Part shown: positions 39,540 through 49,133 of the stretch, one piece after another
Layout of the letters: each line of letters starts with the position of its first letter
How positions within the stretch are numbered: position 1 is the stretch's first letter
Source of the DNA: an uncultured Barnesiella sp.
GTDB lineage: Bacteria; Bacteroidota; Bacteroidia; Bacteroidales; Barnesiellaceae_A
Length of the DNA stretch: 64,000 nucleotides
Reading direction: 5' to 3'
NCBI GenBank assembly: GCA_944321085.1
Contig: CALUJY010000006.1
Coordinates: 12,103-76,102, forward strand
Made by a program: the position numbers and the translations under genes
The notes under the pieces: generated by a model
Databases searched by the model: none
What the model was told of the DNA's origin: nothing
What the model saw: only the letters and a program-made list of their open reading frames with translations

Positions 39540-41231
39540 TTAGTTAGTGATTATTTTGAATGTTTGTACATTTTGGTTAGCTGCTATTTGTATGATATAT
39601 ACACCATTCGATGGGGTGGGAATCGCTGTTATGTTAGACCCTTGGGCAACCATTGCTCCGGCAAGGTTATATACTGAGACCGTATAATTTTTTGTCGTAC
39701 GGTTTGAGTTGATGATGATTTGTCGTGCCGACTTGTCATAGGTCACGGCAAATGCTTCGGTGGCAGACAGCTTATTGACTCCGGCTGTTACGGACGTAGT
39801 GAAGAACGAGCGGTATCCGTGTCCCGTTATTTCGAGTTGTTGAGCCACGAGGCCTTTGCTGTCGTCATATAATTTGTAATATCCGCGCGGCGATTGCACG
39901 CCGTTAGCCCATGCGTCGGTTACCTCGAAACAGTATGTTTTGTCAGCTTCGAGTTCGGCCGTTTCGTTGTACACCTCTTTTAGGTTTGTCTCATAAGGCC
40001 CGAAGTTGTATACGATATTACCCTCGGCATCTTTGATACACCATGTGTTTTCGTCGGCGTAAAGGTCGGTGCGCAGCTCTATCAGTGTCGTCGGTGTAGT
40101 GGCAGCCGGGCTGCTGAATGTGCCTTCGATGGAGTTTCCGTCGTAAGATTCTCCGTTGAGTCCCGTCAGATGTATCGAATAATCGTTGCTGGAATCTATA
40201 AGGTCGGTTTGATTTACCGGTACTTTGATGTAGCTGGTTGCCAACGGTGCTATTTCACCTTCCCATTGGCATTCCATGAGCGTGCCGTTCAGCGTTACGT
40301 CGAAGCGTGCCGACGTGAGAGTTTCGTTCGATTTGTTGCGCAGATAGAGCTCGTAGAAGTTAAATCCGTATGTACCTTGTACCGGTATGCGGTATGCCGA
40401 TATTTCGGCAGCCAGCGGCAGTACCAGTCCCTCGCAAGTGGGTTTTACGCCCGTGACATTCAAAACATCGGTTTTGTCGTTGGCGATGAAAACAATTACT
40501 TCCAGCTCAGCCGGTTCAACAGCTACGTCGTTGATAGATTCGGGAACAGCGTATGTGTAGTCTTTTGTAAAGTAAGTTCCTGCTGTGCAGTTGCTTATGG
40601 TGTCGCCCCACAACGGAGTCAGGTAGTCGCGCAACATGTGTTGGTGCACGTAGTCAGAGCCTACGCCGCCACCGCTTTGCGGGCCTTTGATGTTGTTCTG
40701 CGTAAGAGCTACTGTCAGTAAGTTTTGTTGTGCGTCCACGTCGGCCGTGTAGTATCCTTCTACATGTACGGTCAGTTGGGCTTCCGATGCCGAGTAGGTA
40801 GCTGTCGCGTAAAGGTTTACCGGAGCATCTTCTTGATGTATCTGTTTGGCGCACAAAGTCCAGTTGCTGCGTGACATGATGGGGATGGAGCCGGCAAATG
40901 TGTGCCGGTTAATCATGCCACAAGGGTAGCCGCTGCCTGAGGTAAAGGTGGCATCGAGTTCTTCACCCTCTTCGGTGCGAAAATCGGGTTGGTCGGGGAA
41001 AGGTGATGCGTAGTATCCGCTGTGTATGGCAATGGCGTAGAACGTATGTTCTTGTGCTAATAACAGATTGGCTGTTATTTTATGTGCATCGGGACAATTA
41101 CCGCAATTTATTCCGGTAAATTCCTCTAAAAGGGCATTCTTGGGTTGCACTTCGGTAGATACTTGGTATTGTGCAAAACTGGTGCTACATACAAGTAGCA
41201 TCGTAGCAAGAAAAAGGTAGTAATTTTTCAT
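39540..41231 (-). CDS. Omp28-related/thioredoxin-like surface protein with T9SS C-terminal sorting domain
   Basis: Trimmed from a TTG (41264) to the ATG at 41231 (MKNYYLFLATMLLVCSTSFAQ). N-terminal LLEEFTGINCGNCPDAH is the hallmark of Omp28-related proteins. CTD VSVYNLAGAMV...GVYIIQIAANQNVQTFKIITN. Confidence 0.75.
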   Translation of the reverse strand: MKNYYLFLATMLLVCSTSFAQYQVSTEVQPKNALLEEFTGINCGNCPDAHKITANLLLAQEHTFYAIAIHSGYYASPFPDQPDFRTEEGEELDATFTSGSGYPCGMINRHTFAGSIPIMSRSNWTLCAKQIHQEDAPVNLYATATYSASEAQLTVHVEGYYTADVDAQQNLLTVALTQNNIKGPQSGGGVGSDYVHQHMLRDYLTPLWGDTISNCTAGTYFTKDYTYAVPESINDVAVEPAELEVIVFIANDKTDVLNVTGVKPTCEGLVLPLAAEISAYRIPVQGTYGFNFYELYLRNKSNETLTSARFDVTLNGTLMECQWEGEIAPLATSYIKVPVNQTDLIDSSNDYSIHLTGLNGESYDGNSIEGTFSSPAATTPTTLIELRTDLYADENTWCIKDAEGNIVYNFGPYETNLKEVYNETAELEADKTYCFEVTDAWANGVQSPRGYYKLYDDSKGLVAQQLEITGHGYRSFFTTSVTAGVNKLSATEAFAVTYDKSARQIIINSNRTTKNYTVSVYNLAGAMVAQGSNITAIPTPSNGVYIIQIAANQNVQTFKIITN

Positions 41232-41309
41232 ATTGCTTGTTTTTGTGTTTTTTCTTTGTTGCAAGTATAATTAATTTATTGAATAATGATTGAATCCTTG
41301 CTACGTCTT

Positions 41310-41352
41310 TACTACTGCAATATTTATAAATGACGTATAAATACTACTGCAA
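41310..41352. promoter_or_regulatory. Direct repeat TACTACTGCAA x2 in the divergent promoter region (candidate operator)
   Basis: Copies at 41310-41320 and 41342-41352 (32-bp spacing). The second copy overlaps the minus-strand -7 box (TATATTTG, plus-strand 41350-41357). The plus-strand -7 box TATATTTG for the regulator lies at 41463-41470. Confidence 0.45.
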
Positions 41353-41502
41353 ATATATATAATAATATATAAATCAATGTATTAAATGACCGTTATGTAA
41401 AATTTGACAGATATGCATAAAACAGAATTGATATAAAATCCCCTTTTGTGACAATTATTCCGTATATTTGTCGCTATAATATTATAAATAATAAAAAGAT
41501 AA

Positions 41503-43305
41503 GTGTGCACTAAGATTACATATCACACGTTATTACGGCGGTTAATACTCGCGACTCTATTGACAATTTGTCATTTAGGCTGTTATGCGCTTACAGATGA
41601 TATAAAATATGAGATATTGACGAGGGCATCCGATTTGATAGATGATAAAGAGAACAACGCTACTGTGATGCAGCACAAAATAGATTCTGTGATTGAATTG
41701 GAGCTTTTACCCGATAGCGATTTTATTTCGTTTGTAGTAGATGACGTGGGAGAATATTTCAGACAACAAGGACGACAATCGGCTGCCGTGGAGTTGTTTT
41801 CTATGTTGGCCGGAAGTTTGGAGCAAGAAAAAAGCCTTTCTACAACCTTGTTGAGATTATATATACCGCTTGGTGCTGCTTTGGAAGAGGTCGGTATGTG
41901 GAATAGTGCCATGGAATACTATCATAAAGCTCTTGCCATTGCCGAAGAGCAGGAGTTGGAGTCGGATGCAGCGAAGATTTACAATAATATAGGTGCCGCG
42001 TATTTCCGTAGTGACGTAAACATGGCCGAGAGTTATTTTAGAAAGGCTCTCGAAATAAATACGAAGATAGGCGATAAAAAGGAGCTATGCTTGAATTATA
42101 ATAACTTGGCCGGCGCTTCTATGAAACAAGACCGTTACGACGAAGCGTTAAGCTATATGCTCGATGCTTTGCAGCTTATCAATAAAAATGAAGATGCCTA
42201 TTTTTATCATTTTATGCAGTGCAATATTGCTTCGCTGTATATGTTGAAAGGTGAGAATTATTTGGCTATTTCATATTTACGCAATGCTGTTGAGTATCAT
42301 CGGCGTGAGGGTAACCTGCTCGACCTGATACAGTGTTACAACATGCTGGCCGAGGCATACGAGCGGCAGGGGAATATAACCGAAGCTATGTATTACATAG
42401 GACTTTCGGAGACGGCGTTGGCTTCGGTTACAAACCGCGACTTCGAGGCGAATATGAGCATCATTCTTTCCCGGTTTTATAGTCGTCGTAATAACTTTGA
42501 AAAGGCGTATGATTTATTGTTGCGGGCTACCGAGTTGCGAGATTCGTTGACGAAGGTCAATGACGTAAAGAAGATTGGCAATTTGGAGCAGATATATAAT
42601 AATGAGCAGAAATTACGTGAAAATGCTTTGTTGATAAGCGAGATGCAGTTGCATAAGTTAGAAGATGACAGGCGTGTCACAGTGATTGTAATAATCATTA
42701 TACTGCTCGCTTCGGTAGTGGTGTTCCTGATTGTACGCACGCGTTTACGAGAAAAGTTGCATAAAACAAAGGAAGAGTTGGCTATGCAGCAAATTGCCCT
42801 GTCGGAAAAGGAGAAGGAGCTGCAACGAATCAAGGAACAGGAACTGAATAAAACAATAGACCAAAAAAACCGTGAATTGTCGAGTTATGCGTTGTCTTAT
42901 ACAAAAGACAATGAATTCTATGACCACATTTGTGATGAGTTGAAGCAAATCCTTCTCGAAATAAACCCGCGTGATAAACTGCATAAAGAGCGGTTGCGTA
43001 AAATCCTATCGGAGCTCAAACATCATGAGGGTACCGATAATTGGCAAGAGTTCCGTCTTTATTTTGAGCAGGTGCATCCTTCTTTTTATGACTCGTTGGA
43101 CGAGATATGTCCCGGAATTACTCAGCGGCAGAAGCGGCTTTGTGCCTTGTTATATATAGGGCTCTCGACAAAAGAGATAGCTTCTATCACATTCCGTGAG
43201 GTACGTAGCGTGGAGTCGGCTCGAAATCGTTTGCGCAGGAAGATGGATATTCCGTCGGAGGAGACGATACACGAATTTTTGTCGAAAAGGTTGCAAGGAG
43301 AGTAA
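41503..43305 (+). CDS. Membrane-anchored TPR-repeat sensor with C-terminal LuxR-type HTH (one-component regulator)
   Basis: GTG start 33 nt after the -7 box. N-terminal hydrophobic segment LILATLLTICHLGCYA. About 370 aa of TPR-like repeats (AMEYYHKALAIAEE, YNNIGAAYF, LNYNNLAGA). TM helix VTVIVIIIILLASVVVFLIV. Coiled coil, then LuxR HTH LSTKEIASITFREVRSVESARNRLRRKM. The gene looks more AT-rich than its neighbours. Confidence 0.75.
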   Translation: MCTKITYHTLLRRLILATLLTICHLGCYALTDDIKYEILTRASDLIDDKENNATVMQHKIDSVIELELLPDSDFISFVVDDVGEYFRQQGRQSAAVELFSMLAGSLEQEKSLSTTLLRLYIPLGAALEEVGMWNSAMEYYHKALAIAEEQELESDAAKIYNNIGAAYFRSDVNMAESYFRKALEINTKIGDKKELCLNYNNLAGASMKQDRYDEALSYMLDALQLINKNEDAYFYHFMQCNIASLYMLKGENYLAISYLRNAVEYHRREGNLLDLIQCYNMLAEAYERQGNITEAMYYIGLSETALASVTNRDFEANMSIILSRFYSRRNNFEKAYDLLLRATELRDSLTKVNDVKKIGNLEQIYNNEQKLRENALLISEMQLHKLEDDRRVTVIVIIIILLASVVVFLIVRTRLREKLHKTKEELAMQQIALSEKEKELQRIKEQELNKTIDQKNRELSSYALSYTKDNEFYDHICDELKQILLEINPRDKLHKERLRKILSELKHHEGTDNWQEFRLYFEQVHPSFYDSLDEICPGITQRQKRLCALLYIGLSTKEIASITFREVRSVESARNRLRRKMDIPSEETIHEFLSKRLQGE

Positions 43306-43357
43306 TTCGTAAGCAAGCTGCTCCCCGATGGGTAAAGGTGCCCGAAAGATGTGTTTG

Positions 43358-43386
43358 ATGGTTGCGGGAGGCGCAACCATTTTCTG
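43358..43386 (+). terminator. Rho-independent terminator after the TPR/LuxR regulator
   Basis: ATGGTTGCG (43358-43366) pairs with CGCAACCAT (43372-43380), followed by TTTCTG. Confidence 0.65.
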
Positions 43387-43534
43387 TCTCTGAGACTTTG
43401 CTATAATTCTGTTTAACATGGCATCGCTGTGTAGATAGATGCACACAGCGATGTCGATTTGCGTCGGGGGGCGATGGGATAGAAGCTGTGTGCGATTCGG
43501 TGAAGAGGTAGGCCGAGGATGTTGTATCCGGAAT

Positions 43535-43570
43535 AAGAAAGCGGGGCGGCTTGTTACAGCCGCCCCGCTT
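43535..43570 (-). terminator. Rho-independent terminator after the TPR lipoprotein gene
   Basis: GCGGGGCGGC (43541-43550) pairs with GCCGCCCCGC (43559-43568). On the minus strand it is followed by TTTCTTATT. Confidence 0.75.
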
Positions 43571-43591
43571 CAACAGGTATTAAGATGTTTT

Positions 43592-45280
43592 TTAGAATTC
43601 GGCAACGTTATATTTGGCAAATTCCAAGTCTTTGCTTGCTTTCTCCTTCATTGTAGGATCGAGGCGGAACGATTGACGCAGGTTGGAACGAACCATTTGC
43701 TCATTGTTGGTGCGTGCGCCCAAAACAGCTTGCAGGTAGTATGTAGTAGCATCGGGTGCCGAGATGCCTGCGAGTGTGTTGCGAGCTTTGTTATAGTCGT
43801 TTACCAAGATTTGAGCCAAAGCGGCGTTGTTGCTCTTAGCATCGCCAAAGGCTTTCACAGCTGCTTTGTAGTCGCCTTTTTTGAGGTAATAAACGCCTAA
43901 TGCCTCATTTACTTCGGGAACGTTGCCAGCTTTGCCGAATTGGGCGGCAGCCTCGTCATAGTTACCCTCTTTCATAGCGATAAGGCCTTTGTTCATTCCG
44001 ACTTCTGCCGATTGCGGAGCCTTTTGGGCTGCGGTGTTGAAGTATTGTTCTGCTTCGTTGTATTTGCCGGCCTTATACATCATCATACCGAGGTTGTTAT
44101 ATCCGCGGTAATCTTCAGGATATATTTCGGTCACTTTGCGGTAGATTTCGGTCTTGGCAGCATCGCTCTTTTCGAGGGTAGCGGCGTAAAGCAATTCGTC
44201 AACATTGAGAGCCGAGGGATTGCTTTGAGCCAACGACGAAATTTCTTCATCCGATTTGCCTATAACGTTGATAGAAGCAGTGATGCGTGAACGACGCAGT
44301 TGCGGGAGTATTTCTTCTGCCAAGTCGCTGTAAACCGATGAGAGGTTCTTTATTTCACGCTCTCTTTGCTCGGGGTCGTTATACATTGCGAGCACACGCA
44401 AGATAAGGTCTTTGTCTTGTATGTCGGAAGCGGCAACTAACTCTTTGAAGCCATCCCAGTCTTGTGCTGTGAATTCGGCTGTGAGGTCGGCCTTAACATC
44501 GTCTTTCTTCCATTGCGATTTCATGTATTTTACGGTATTCTCCTCACGGTTTTCGGCCAAGCGGGTGTTGAGTTCTACACCGCCATCGGGAGATGCGTAA
44601 GAAGAGATATTTACGTTTTCTACTTCACGATTCTCGGCAGTAGTAGCGTCTTTGATTTGTTGGTGGAGAGCTTGCATCTCGGCCGATTTCATCTCAGAAG
44701 CTCTGATGTTGGCTTGTTGGATGAGGAACTTGATGTCGGCAGAGTAGGTCTCTTTGATGATGCGTTGGAATTTGTCGGGGGTGATGGCTGGCGTTACTTT
44801 GCCGGCATCGGCCATTTCAGATGTAGCAATTACGCCCTCGGCAACTTTTACGCGAGGCAGTTCGTAGCTCTTTGAACCTTGTTGTACGGTAAATGCAAGG
44901 TAGAGCGATGATTTTTGCATCTCGGGGATGTAGGTAAAGTTGGCGGGTATTGTGACAACACCACCGGCTTTGTATTGAATGGTTTGGTCGTTACCTTGAA
45001 CTTTTTCGCCTTGGAATGTTTGTGAAGCCGAAGCAGTTTCTCCTTCACTGTAAACCAAATAAGGTGTTACTGTAACAACCGCTTTTTTGTTGAAATATTT
45101 TTCGGGGAACGTACCGGTGATAGTAGCCGATACCATGCCGCCTTTTGCTTCAAGGGGCGACGGATTTACTTTGAAATAGTCGGCTGTGAGCGGAGCCATT
45201 TCTTTGTTACAACTTACCAATGTCAATAGGCACAGGCAAAGTAGTGGGAATGTTAACTTTTTAATCATAATGTTGTGCAT
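43592..45280 (-). CDS. Tetratricopeptide-repeat lipoprotein, function unknown
   Basis: Lipobox LTLVSCNK. C-terminal half has TPR-like repeats (YNNLGMMMYKAGKYNEAEQYFNTA, GLIAMKEGNYDEAAAQF, GVYYLKKGDYKAAVKAF). An alternative start is at 45268 (MIKKL). Confidence 0.7.
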   Translation of the reverse strand: MHNIMIKKLTFPLLCLCLLTLVSCNKEMAPLTADYFKVNPSPLEAKGGMVSATITGTFPEKYFNKKAVVTVTPYLVYSEGETASASQTFQGEKVQGNDQTIQYKAGGVVTIPANFTYIPEMQKSSLYLAFTVQQGSKSYELPRVKVAEGVIATSEMADAGKVTPAITPDKFQRIIKETYSADIKFLIQQANIRASEMKSAEMQALHQQIKDATTAENREVENVNISSYASPDGGVELNTRLAENREENTVKYMKSQWKKDDVKADLTAEFTAQDWDGFKELVAASDIQDKDLILRVLAMYNDPEQREREIKNLSSVYSDLAEEILPQLRRSRITASINVIGKSDEEISSLAQSNPSALNVDELLYAATLEKSDAAKTEIYRKVTEIYPEDYRGYNNLGMMMYKAGKYNEAEQYFNTAAQKAPQSAEVGMNKGLIAMKEGNYDEAAAQFGKAGNVPEVNEALGVYYLKKGDYKAAVKAFGDAKSNNAALAQILVNDYNKARNTLAGISAPDATTYYLQAVLGARTNNEQMVRSNLRQSFRLDPTMKEKASKDLEFAKYNVAEF

Positions 45281-45409
45281 ATAAGGTTTGTAATGATTCT
45301 TGGTTTTATGTTACTGTAACGTATATTCTCTCAGGCAAAAGTAAATAAAAGCTCAGGGATAGATGGCGTTGCAGCGCATTTTTTTTCTTAATTATCTATA
45401 AACATTAAG

Positions 45410-46333
45410 CTAAATATCGTTTTTGCATTTTTGGTTGCGAGGGTGGTGACTGATAATCTCTTGACGCAAAAAGCGTTGGTCTAAATGAACATAGATTTCG
45501 GTCGTGGTAATACTTTCGTGCCCCAGCATTTGTTGTATGGCGCGCAGATTAGCTCCATTTTCGAGTAAATGTGTTGCAAATGAATGCCGTAGCGTGTGCG
45601 GGCTTACTTTTTTGGTAATACCGCAGGAGTGGCACGCTTCGCGAATAATGAAAAAAATCATTACACGGGTGAGGTGTTTCCCTCGTCGGTTGAGGAAAAG
45701 GAAGTCCTCTTCACCCGGTTTTATATCTACATTGCTGCGGTCGGGCAGATACAATTTAATTTCGTGTATGGCCTCTTGCGAGATGGGAACAAGTCGTTGC
45801 TTGCCGCCTTTCCCTTCGACACGGATATACTCCTCGTCGAAATATATTTGTGACAATTTCAGGGTTACGAGTTCCGATACGCGCAGTCCGCAACTGTACA
45901 GAGTCTCCAAGATAGCCCGGTTGCGCTGTCCTTCGGGCGATGTGCGGTCGACCGATTCTATCATGCGGTCGATTTCCTCGACAGAGAGTATCTCGGGCAG
46001 GTGTCGTCCTATTTGCGGCGTTTCTAACGGTGCGGATGGGTCGTTGTCGATATAACCTTCGATTTTGAGGTACTTGAAAAAAGATTTTATGCCCGAGATG
46101 ATGCGGGCTTGCGACCGTGCGCCAATGCCGAGGTCTTGCAGTGTACATACAAATGTGTGCAGATGCTCGGTTGTTACCGTTTCCCACGAGAGAGAAGTGT
46201 CGTCGAGAAACCTCATCAGCTTTTCCAAATCGTCGGTGTAGCCGGCGATGGTATTGTCCGACAATCCCTTTTCGAGCCGCAGATAGGCGATGTACTTTTT
46301 TTTCAGATTATCTTTTTTCTTGGTGATGGTCAT
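45410..46333 (-). CDS. xerD: Site-specific tyrosine recombinase XerD (chromosome dimer resolution)
   Basis: ORF 45410..46822 trimmed to MTITKKKDNLKKKYIAYLRLEKGLS at 46333. Catalytic region HTLRHSFATHLLENGANLRAIQQMLGHESITTTEIYVH. Housekeeping neighbours, with no att-like repeats or cargo nearby. Confidence 0.85.
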   Translation of the reverse strand: MTITKKKDNLKKKYIAYLRLEKGLSDNTIAGYTDDLEKLMRFLDDTSLSWETVTTEHLHTFVCTLQDLGIGARSQARIISGIKSFFKYLKIEGYIDNDPSAPLETPQIGRHLPEILSVEEIDRMIESVDRTSPEGQRNRAILETLYSCGLRVSELVTLKLSQIYFDEEYIRVEGKGGKQRLVPISQEAIHEIKLYLPDRSNVDIKPGEEDFLFLNRRGKHLTRVMIFFIIREACHSCGITKKVSPHTLRHSFATHLLENGANLRAIQQMLGHESITTTEIYVHLDQRFLRQEIISHHPRNQKCKNDI

Positions 46334-46516
46334 ATAGCAGTATCCCGAAAAAACTGTAATTTTGTACCGAATTTGCGGTATTTTCTTTGTCGCAATACGA
46401 GAAACATCTCGTTGCAAAAATAGGCAATGCAGTTCGTTTCTGCAATGGTACGATGCGGCTTTGCAGTTTTGGCGACAGGGAAACAGTTGCACGATATAAC
46501 CAAATAACGAGGTGTT

Positions 46517-46939
46517 ATGGAAATACTTATTATCAACGGTCCCAATCTTAACTTGTTGGGGCGGCGCGAGAAAGAAATTTATGGTGAAAAATCTTTCGAA
46601 GAGTATTTGCCTTTGCTTCAAGCCCGTTTCACCAGGCATAACATATGCTATTTCCAGTCTAACAGCGAAGGGGCTATCATAGACTGCCTTCAAGCCGAAG
46701 GGTTTTCGGTCGATGGCATTGTCTTGAATGCCGGAGCATATACACATACCTCTATTGCCATAGCCGATGCCATACGAGCCATATCGGCACCTGTTATAGA
46801 GGTGCATCTCTCCAATATACACGCTCGCGAAGAGTATCGTCGCGTTTCCATGATAGCCTCAGCATGTCGCGGGCAGATTGCCGGCTTCGGCCTCGATTCA
46901 TACCGGCTGGCTATCGAAGCCCTGACGTTGAAGAGATAA
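46517..46939 (+). CDS. aroQ: Type II 3-dehydroquinate dehydratase
   Basis: ILIINGPNLNLLGRREKEIYG...NAGAYTHTSIAIADA...EVHLSNIHAREEYR. Confidence 0.93.
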   Translation: MEILIINGPNLNLLGRREKEIYGEKSFEEYLPLLQARFTRHNICYFQSNSEGAIIDCLQAEGFSVDGIVLNAGAYTHTSIAIADAIRAISAPVIEVHLSNIHAREEYRRVSMIASACRGQIAGFGLDSYRLAIEALTLKR

Positions 46940-46983
46940 CGCACCGTAAAGATTGACGAACATATTAGGAAAAGAAATATATT

Positions 46984-48435
46984 ATGTCTAAGTACACCAA
47001 GATTGTAGCCACCATTTCCGATAATCGTTGCGATGTCGGTTTTATCAAGAGTCTGTATGAAAACGGCATGAACGTTGTGCGTATGAATTCGGCGCACATG
47101 CAACGTGAGGGTTTTGAACGTGTCATTGCCAATGTGCGCAAGGTCTCGAACGCCATAGGCATACTGATGGATACGAAAGGTCCCGAGATACGCACTACCG
47201 CATTGCAAGGCGATAAGCCCATTACTTTTGAACCCGGGCAACATTTGCGTATGACGGGGCGTCCCGATACGCTGACGACAAGCCAATGCGTGGGCGTTTC
47301 GTATCCGGCTTTTGCCGAAGACATTCCCGTAGGTTCGCATATCCTTATCGATGATGGCGAGTTGGAGTTTGTAGTGTGCGATAAAGTAAACGATGAGCTG
47401 ATGTGCGAGGCATTGAATGCCGGCGAACTGGGTGCACGCAAGAGTGTCAATGTGCCCGGCGTACGCATCAATCTTCCCTCGTTGACACAGCGCGACCGCG
47501 ATAATATCCTCATTGCCATAGAAAATAACATCGATTTTATCGCTCACTCGTTTGTACGCAGCAAGCAAGATGTATTGGATATACAACATATCCTCGACGA
47601 GCATCGCTCGCCCATTAAAATCATTGCCAAAATAGAGAATCAAGAGGGTGTAGATAATATCGACGAAATTCTCGAAGTGGCGTATGGCGTGATGGTAGCC
47701 CGCGGCGATTTGGGCATAGAGGTGCCGCAAGAAAAAATTCCCGGCATACAGCAGTTGCTCATTCGCAAGTGCATACAGGCCAAAAAGCCTGTTATCGTAG
47801 CTACGCAGTTGTTGCACTCCATGATAAAGAATCCGCGACCGACACGTGCCGAGGTAACCGATATAGCCAATGCCATTTATAACCATACCGATGCCCTTAT
47901 GTTGAGCGGCGAGACGGCTTACGGCCGTTATCCTGTGGAGTCGGTGGCTACGATGGCACGTGTGGCCATGGAGGCAGAGCGTACCCGGCTTATTGACAGC
48001 ATGGAGCTGGGCGGTGGCGGCGATGATGTGACGGCATTCCTTGCCCAGCAAGCCGTGAAGTCGTCGACAGAATTGGGTACAAAGGCCATCATTACCGATA
48101 GTTATACCGGTCGGACAGCCCGCTTCGTGGCATCGTACAGGGGTAAATTCCCTGTATTGGCATTGTGCTACAATGAGCGTACCATCAGGCAGTTGTCTCT
48201 CTCATACGGCGTGTTCCCCATGTACCAGAAGAGTACCGATACTTCGCGGCAATATCTCTTTAACGGGTTGACACACTTGTTGGAGAAGAACTTGTTGACA
48301 CGCGAAGACCTTATAGCCTATTTGGGTGGTGGTTTTGGTCCCAGCCATGGTACTACGTTCCTCGAAATCAATCACGTGGGGAAAGTGCTCGATAGCTTCG
48401 ATAACTATTTGTTGCCCAATATCGAAGAAATATAA
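46984..48435 (+). CDS. pyk: Pyruvate kinase
   Basis: TKIVATISD...MNVVRMNSAH...MVARGDLGIEV...ATQLLHSM, canonical. Confidence 0.93.
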   Translation: MSKYTKIVATISDNRCDVGFIKSLYENGMNVVRMNSAHMQREGFERVIANVRKVSNAIGILMDTKGPEIRTTALQGDKPITFEPGQHLRMTGRPDTLTTSQCVGVSYPAFAEDIPVGSHILIDDGELEFVVCDKVNDELMCEALNAGELGARKSVNVPGVRINLPSLTQRDRDNILIAIENNIDFIAHSFVRSKQDVLDIQHILDEHRSPIKIIAKIENQEGVDNIDEILEVAYGVMVARGDLGIEVPQEKIPGIQQLLIRKCIQAKKPVIVATQLLHSMIKNPRPTRAEVTDIANAIYNHTDALMLSGETAYGRYPVESVATMARVAMEAERTRLIDSMELGGGGDDVTAFLAQQAVKSSTELGTKAIITDSYTGRTARFVASYRGKFPVLALCYNERTIRQLSLSYGVFPMYQKSTDTSRQYLFNGLTHLLEKNLLTREDLIAYLGGGFGPSHGTTFLEINHVGKVLDSFDNYLLPNIEEI

Positions 48436-48437
48436 TC

Positions 48438-49082
48438 ATGTATGACGCCATAGAGGAGTATATCTGCAAGCATATCGACCCCGAGGAGCCGTTGCTTGCC
48501 GAGCTCGACCGCGAGACGCATCTTTACCATTTGCGTCCGCGTATGGTGTCGGGGCATTTGCAAGGCAGTATCTTGAAGATGTTTTGCCGGATGGTGCGTC
48601 CGCATCGGGTACTCGAATTGGGGACTTTTACCGGTTATTCGGCGTTGTGTTTGGCTGCCGGCGTGGACGAAGGGGGTGAAGTACTCACGATAGAGATTGA
48701 TGACGAGATAGAAGACTTTACCCGTTCGTTTCTCTCGCGTTCGCCGTATGGCGACAGAGTAAAACTTGTCATCGGCGATGCCCTCGACATTATCCCTACA
48801 TTGACCGACGAGTATGACCTCGTTTTTATAGATGCCAACAAACGCGATTATCTGCGCTATTACGAGGCCGTGTTGCCGCGGGTGCGTCCCGGCGGGTTTA
48901 TTCTTGCCGATAATACCTTGTGGGACGGCAAGGTGATTACCGACCCGCAAAGCCGCGATGCACAGACGGTAGGTATAGAGCGTTTCAATGATGCGGTGGC
49001 ACATGACAACCGTGTGGAGAAAATAATACTTCCGCTACGCGACGGTCTTACCGTTTTGTGGAAAAAACCGATGAATATGTGA
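48438..49082 (+). CDS. Class I SAM-dependent O-methyltransferase (caffeoyl-CoA OMT-like)
   Basis: SAM motif VLELGTFTGYSALCLA and FIDANKRDY, typical of Methyltransf_3-type enzymes. Confidence 0.8.
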   Translation: MYDAIEEYICKHIDPEEPLLAELDRETHLYHLRPRMVSGHLQGSILKMFCRMVRPHRVLELGTFTGYSALCLAAGVDEGGEVLTIEIDDEIEDFTRSFLSRSPYGDRVKLVIGDALDIIPTLTDEYDLVFIDANKRDYLRYYEAVLPRVRPGGFILADNTLWDGKVITDPQSRDAQTVGIERFNDAVAHDNRVEKIILPLRDGLTVLWKKPMNM

Positions 49083-49133
49083 CCGTTGCACTTTATTTTT
49101 GTTACATTTGTATAACAGCAACATCAAATATAT

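Noticed and set aside
43187-43573. 128-aa minus-strand ORF, and a 21-aa plus-strand ORF at about 43329, in the convergent spacer
   Set aside because: They begin or end inside terminator hairpins, overlap the regulator's 3' end, and have no promoter box or protein-like features.
45410-46333. Tyrosine recombinase as a marker of an integrative mobile element or inverton
   Set aside because: The sequence and length fit housekeeping XerD. The neighbours (aroQ, pyk, OMT, rbfA) are core genes. I found no flanking direct or inverted repeats, tRNA target or cargo genes.
46690-48051. 453-aa ORF on the minus strand
   Set aside because: It lies entirely antisense to the unambiguous pyruvate kinase and aroQ genes. 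The translation is low-complexity (rich in H, R, C, Y, I) with no recognisable motif. It is a typical shadow ORF of a highly expressed gene.
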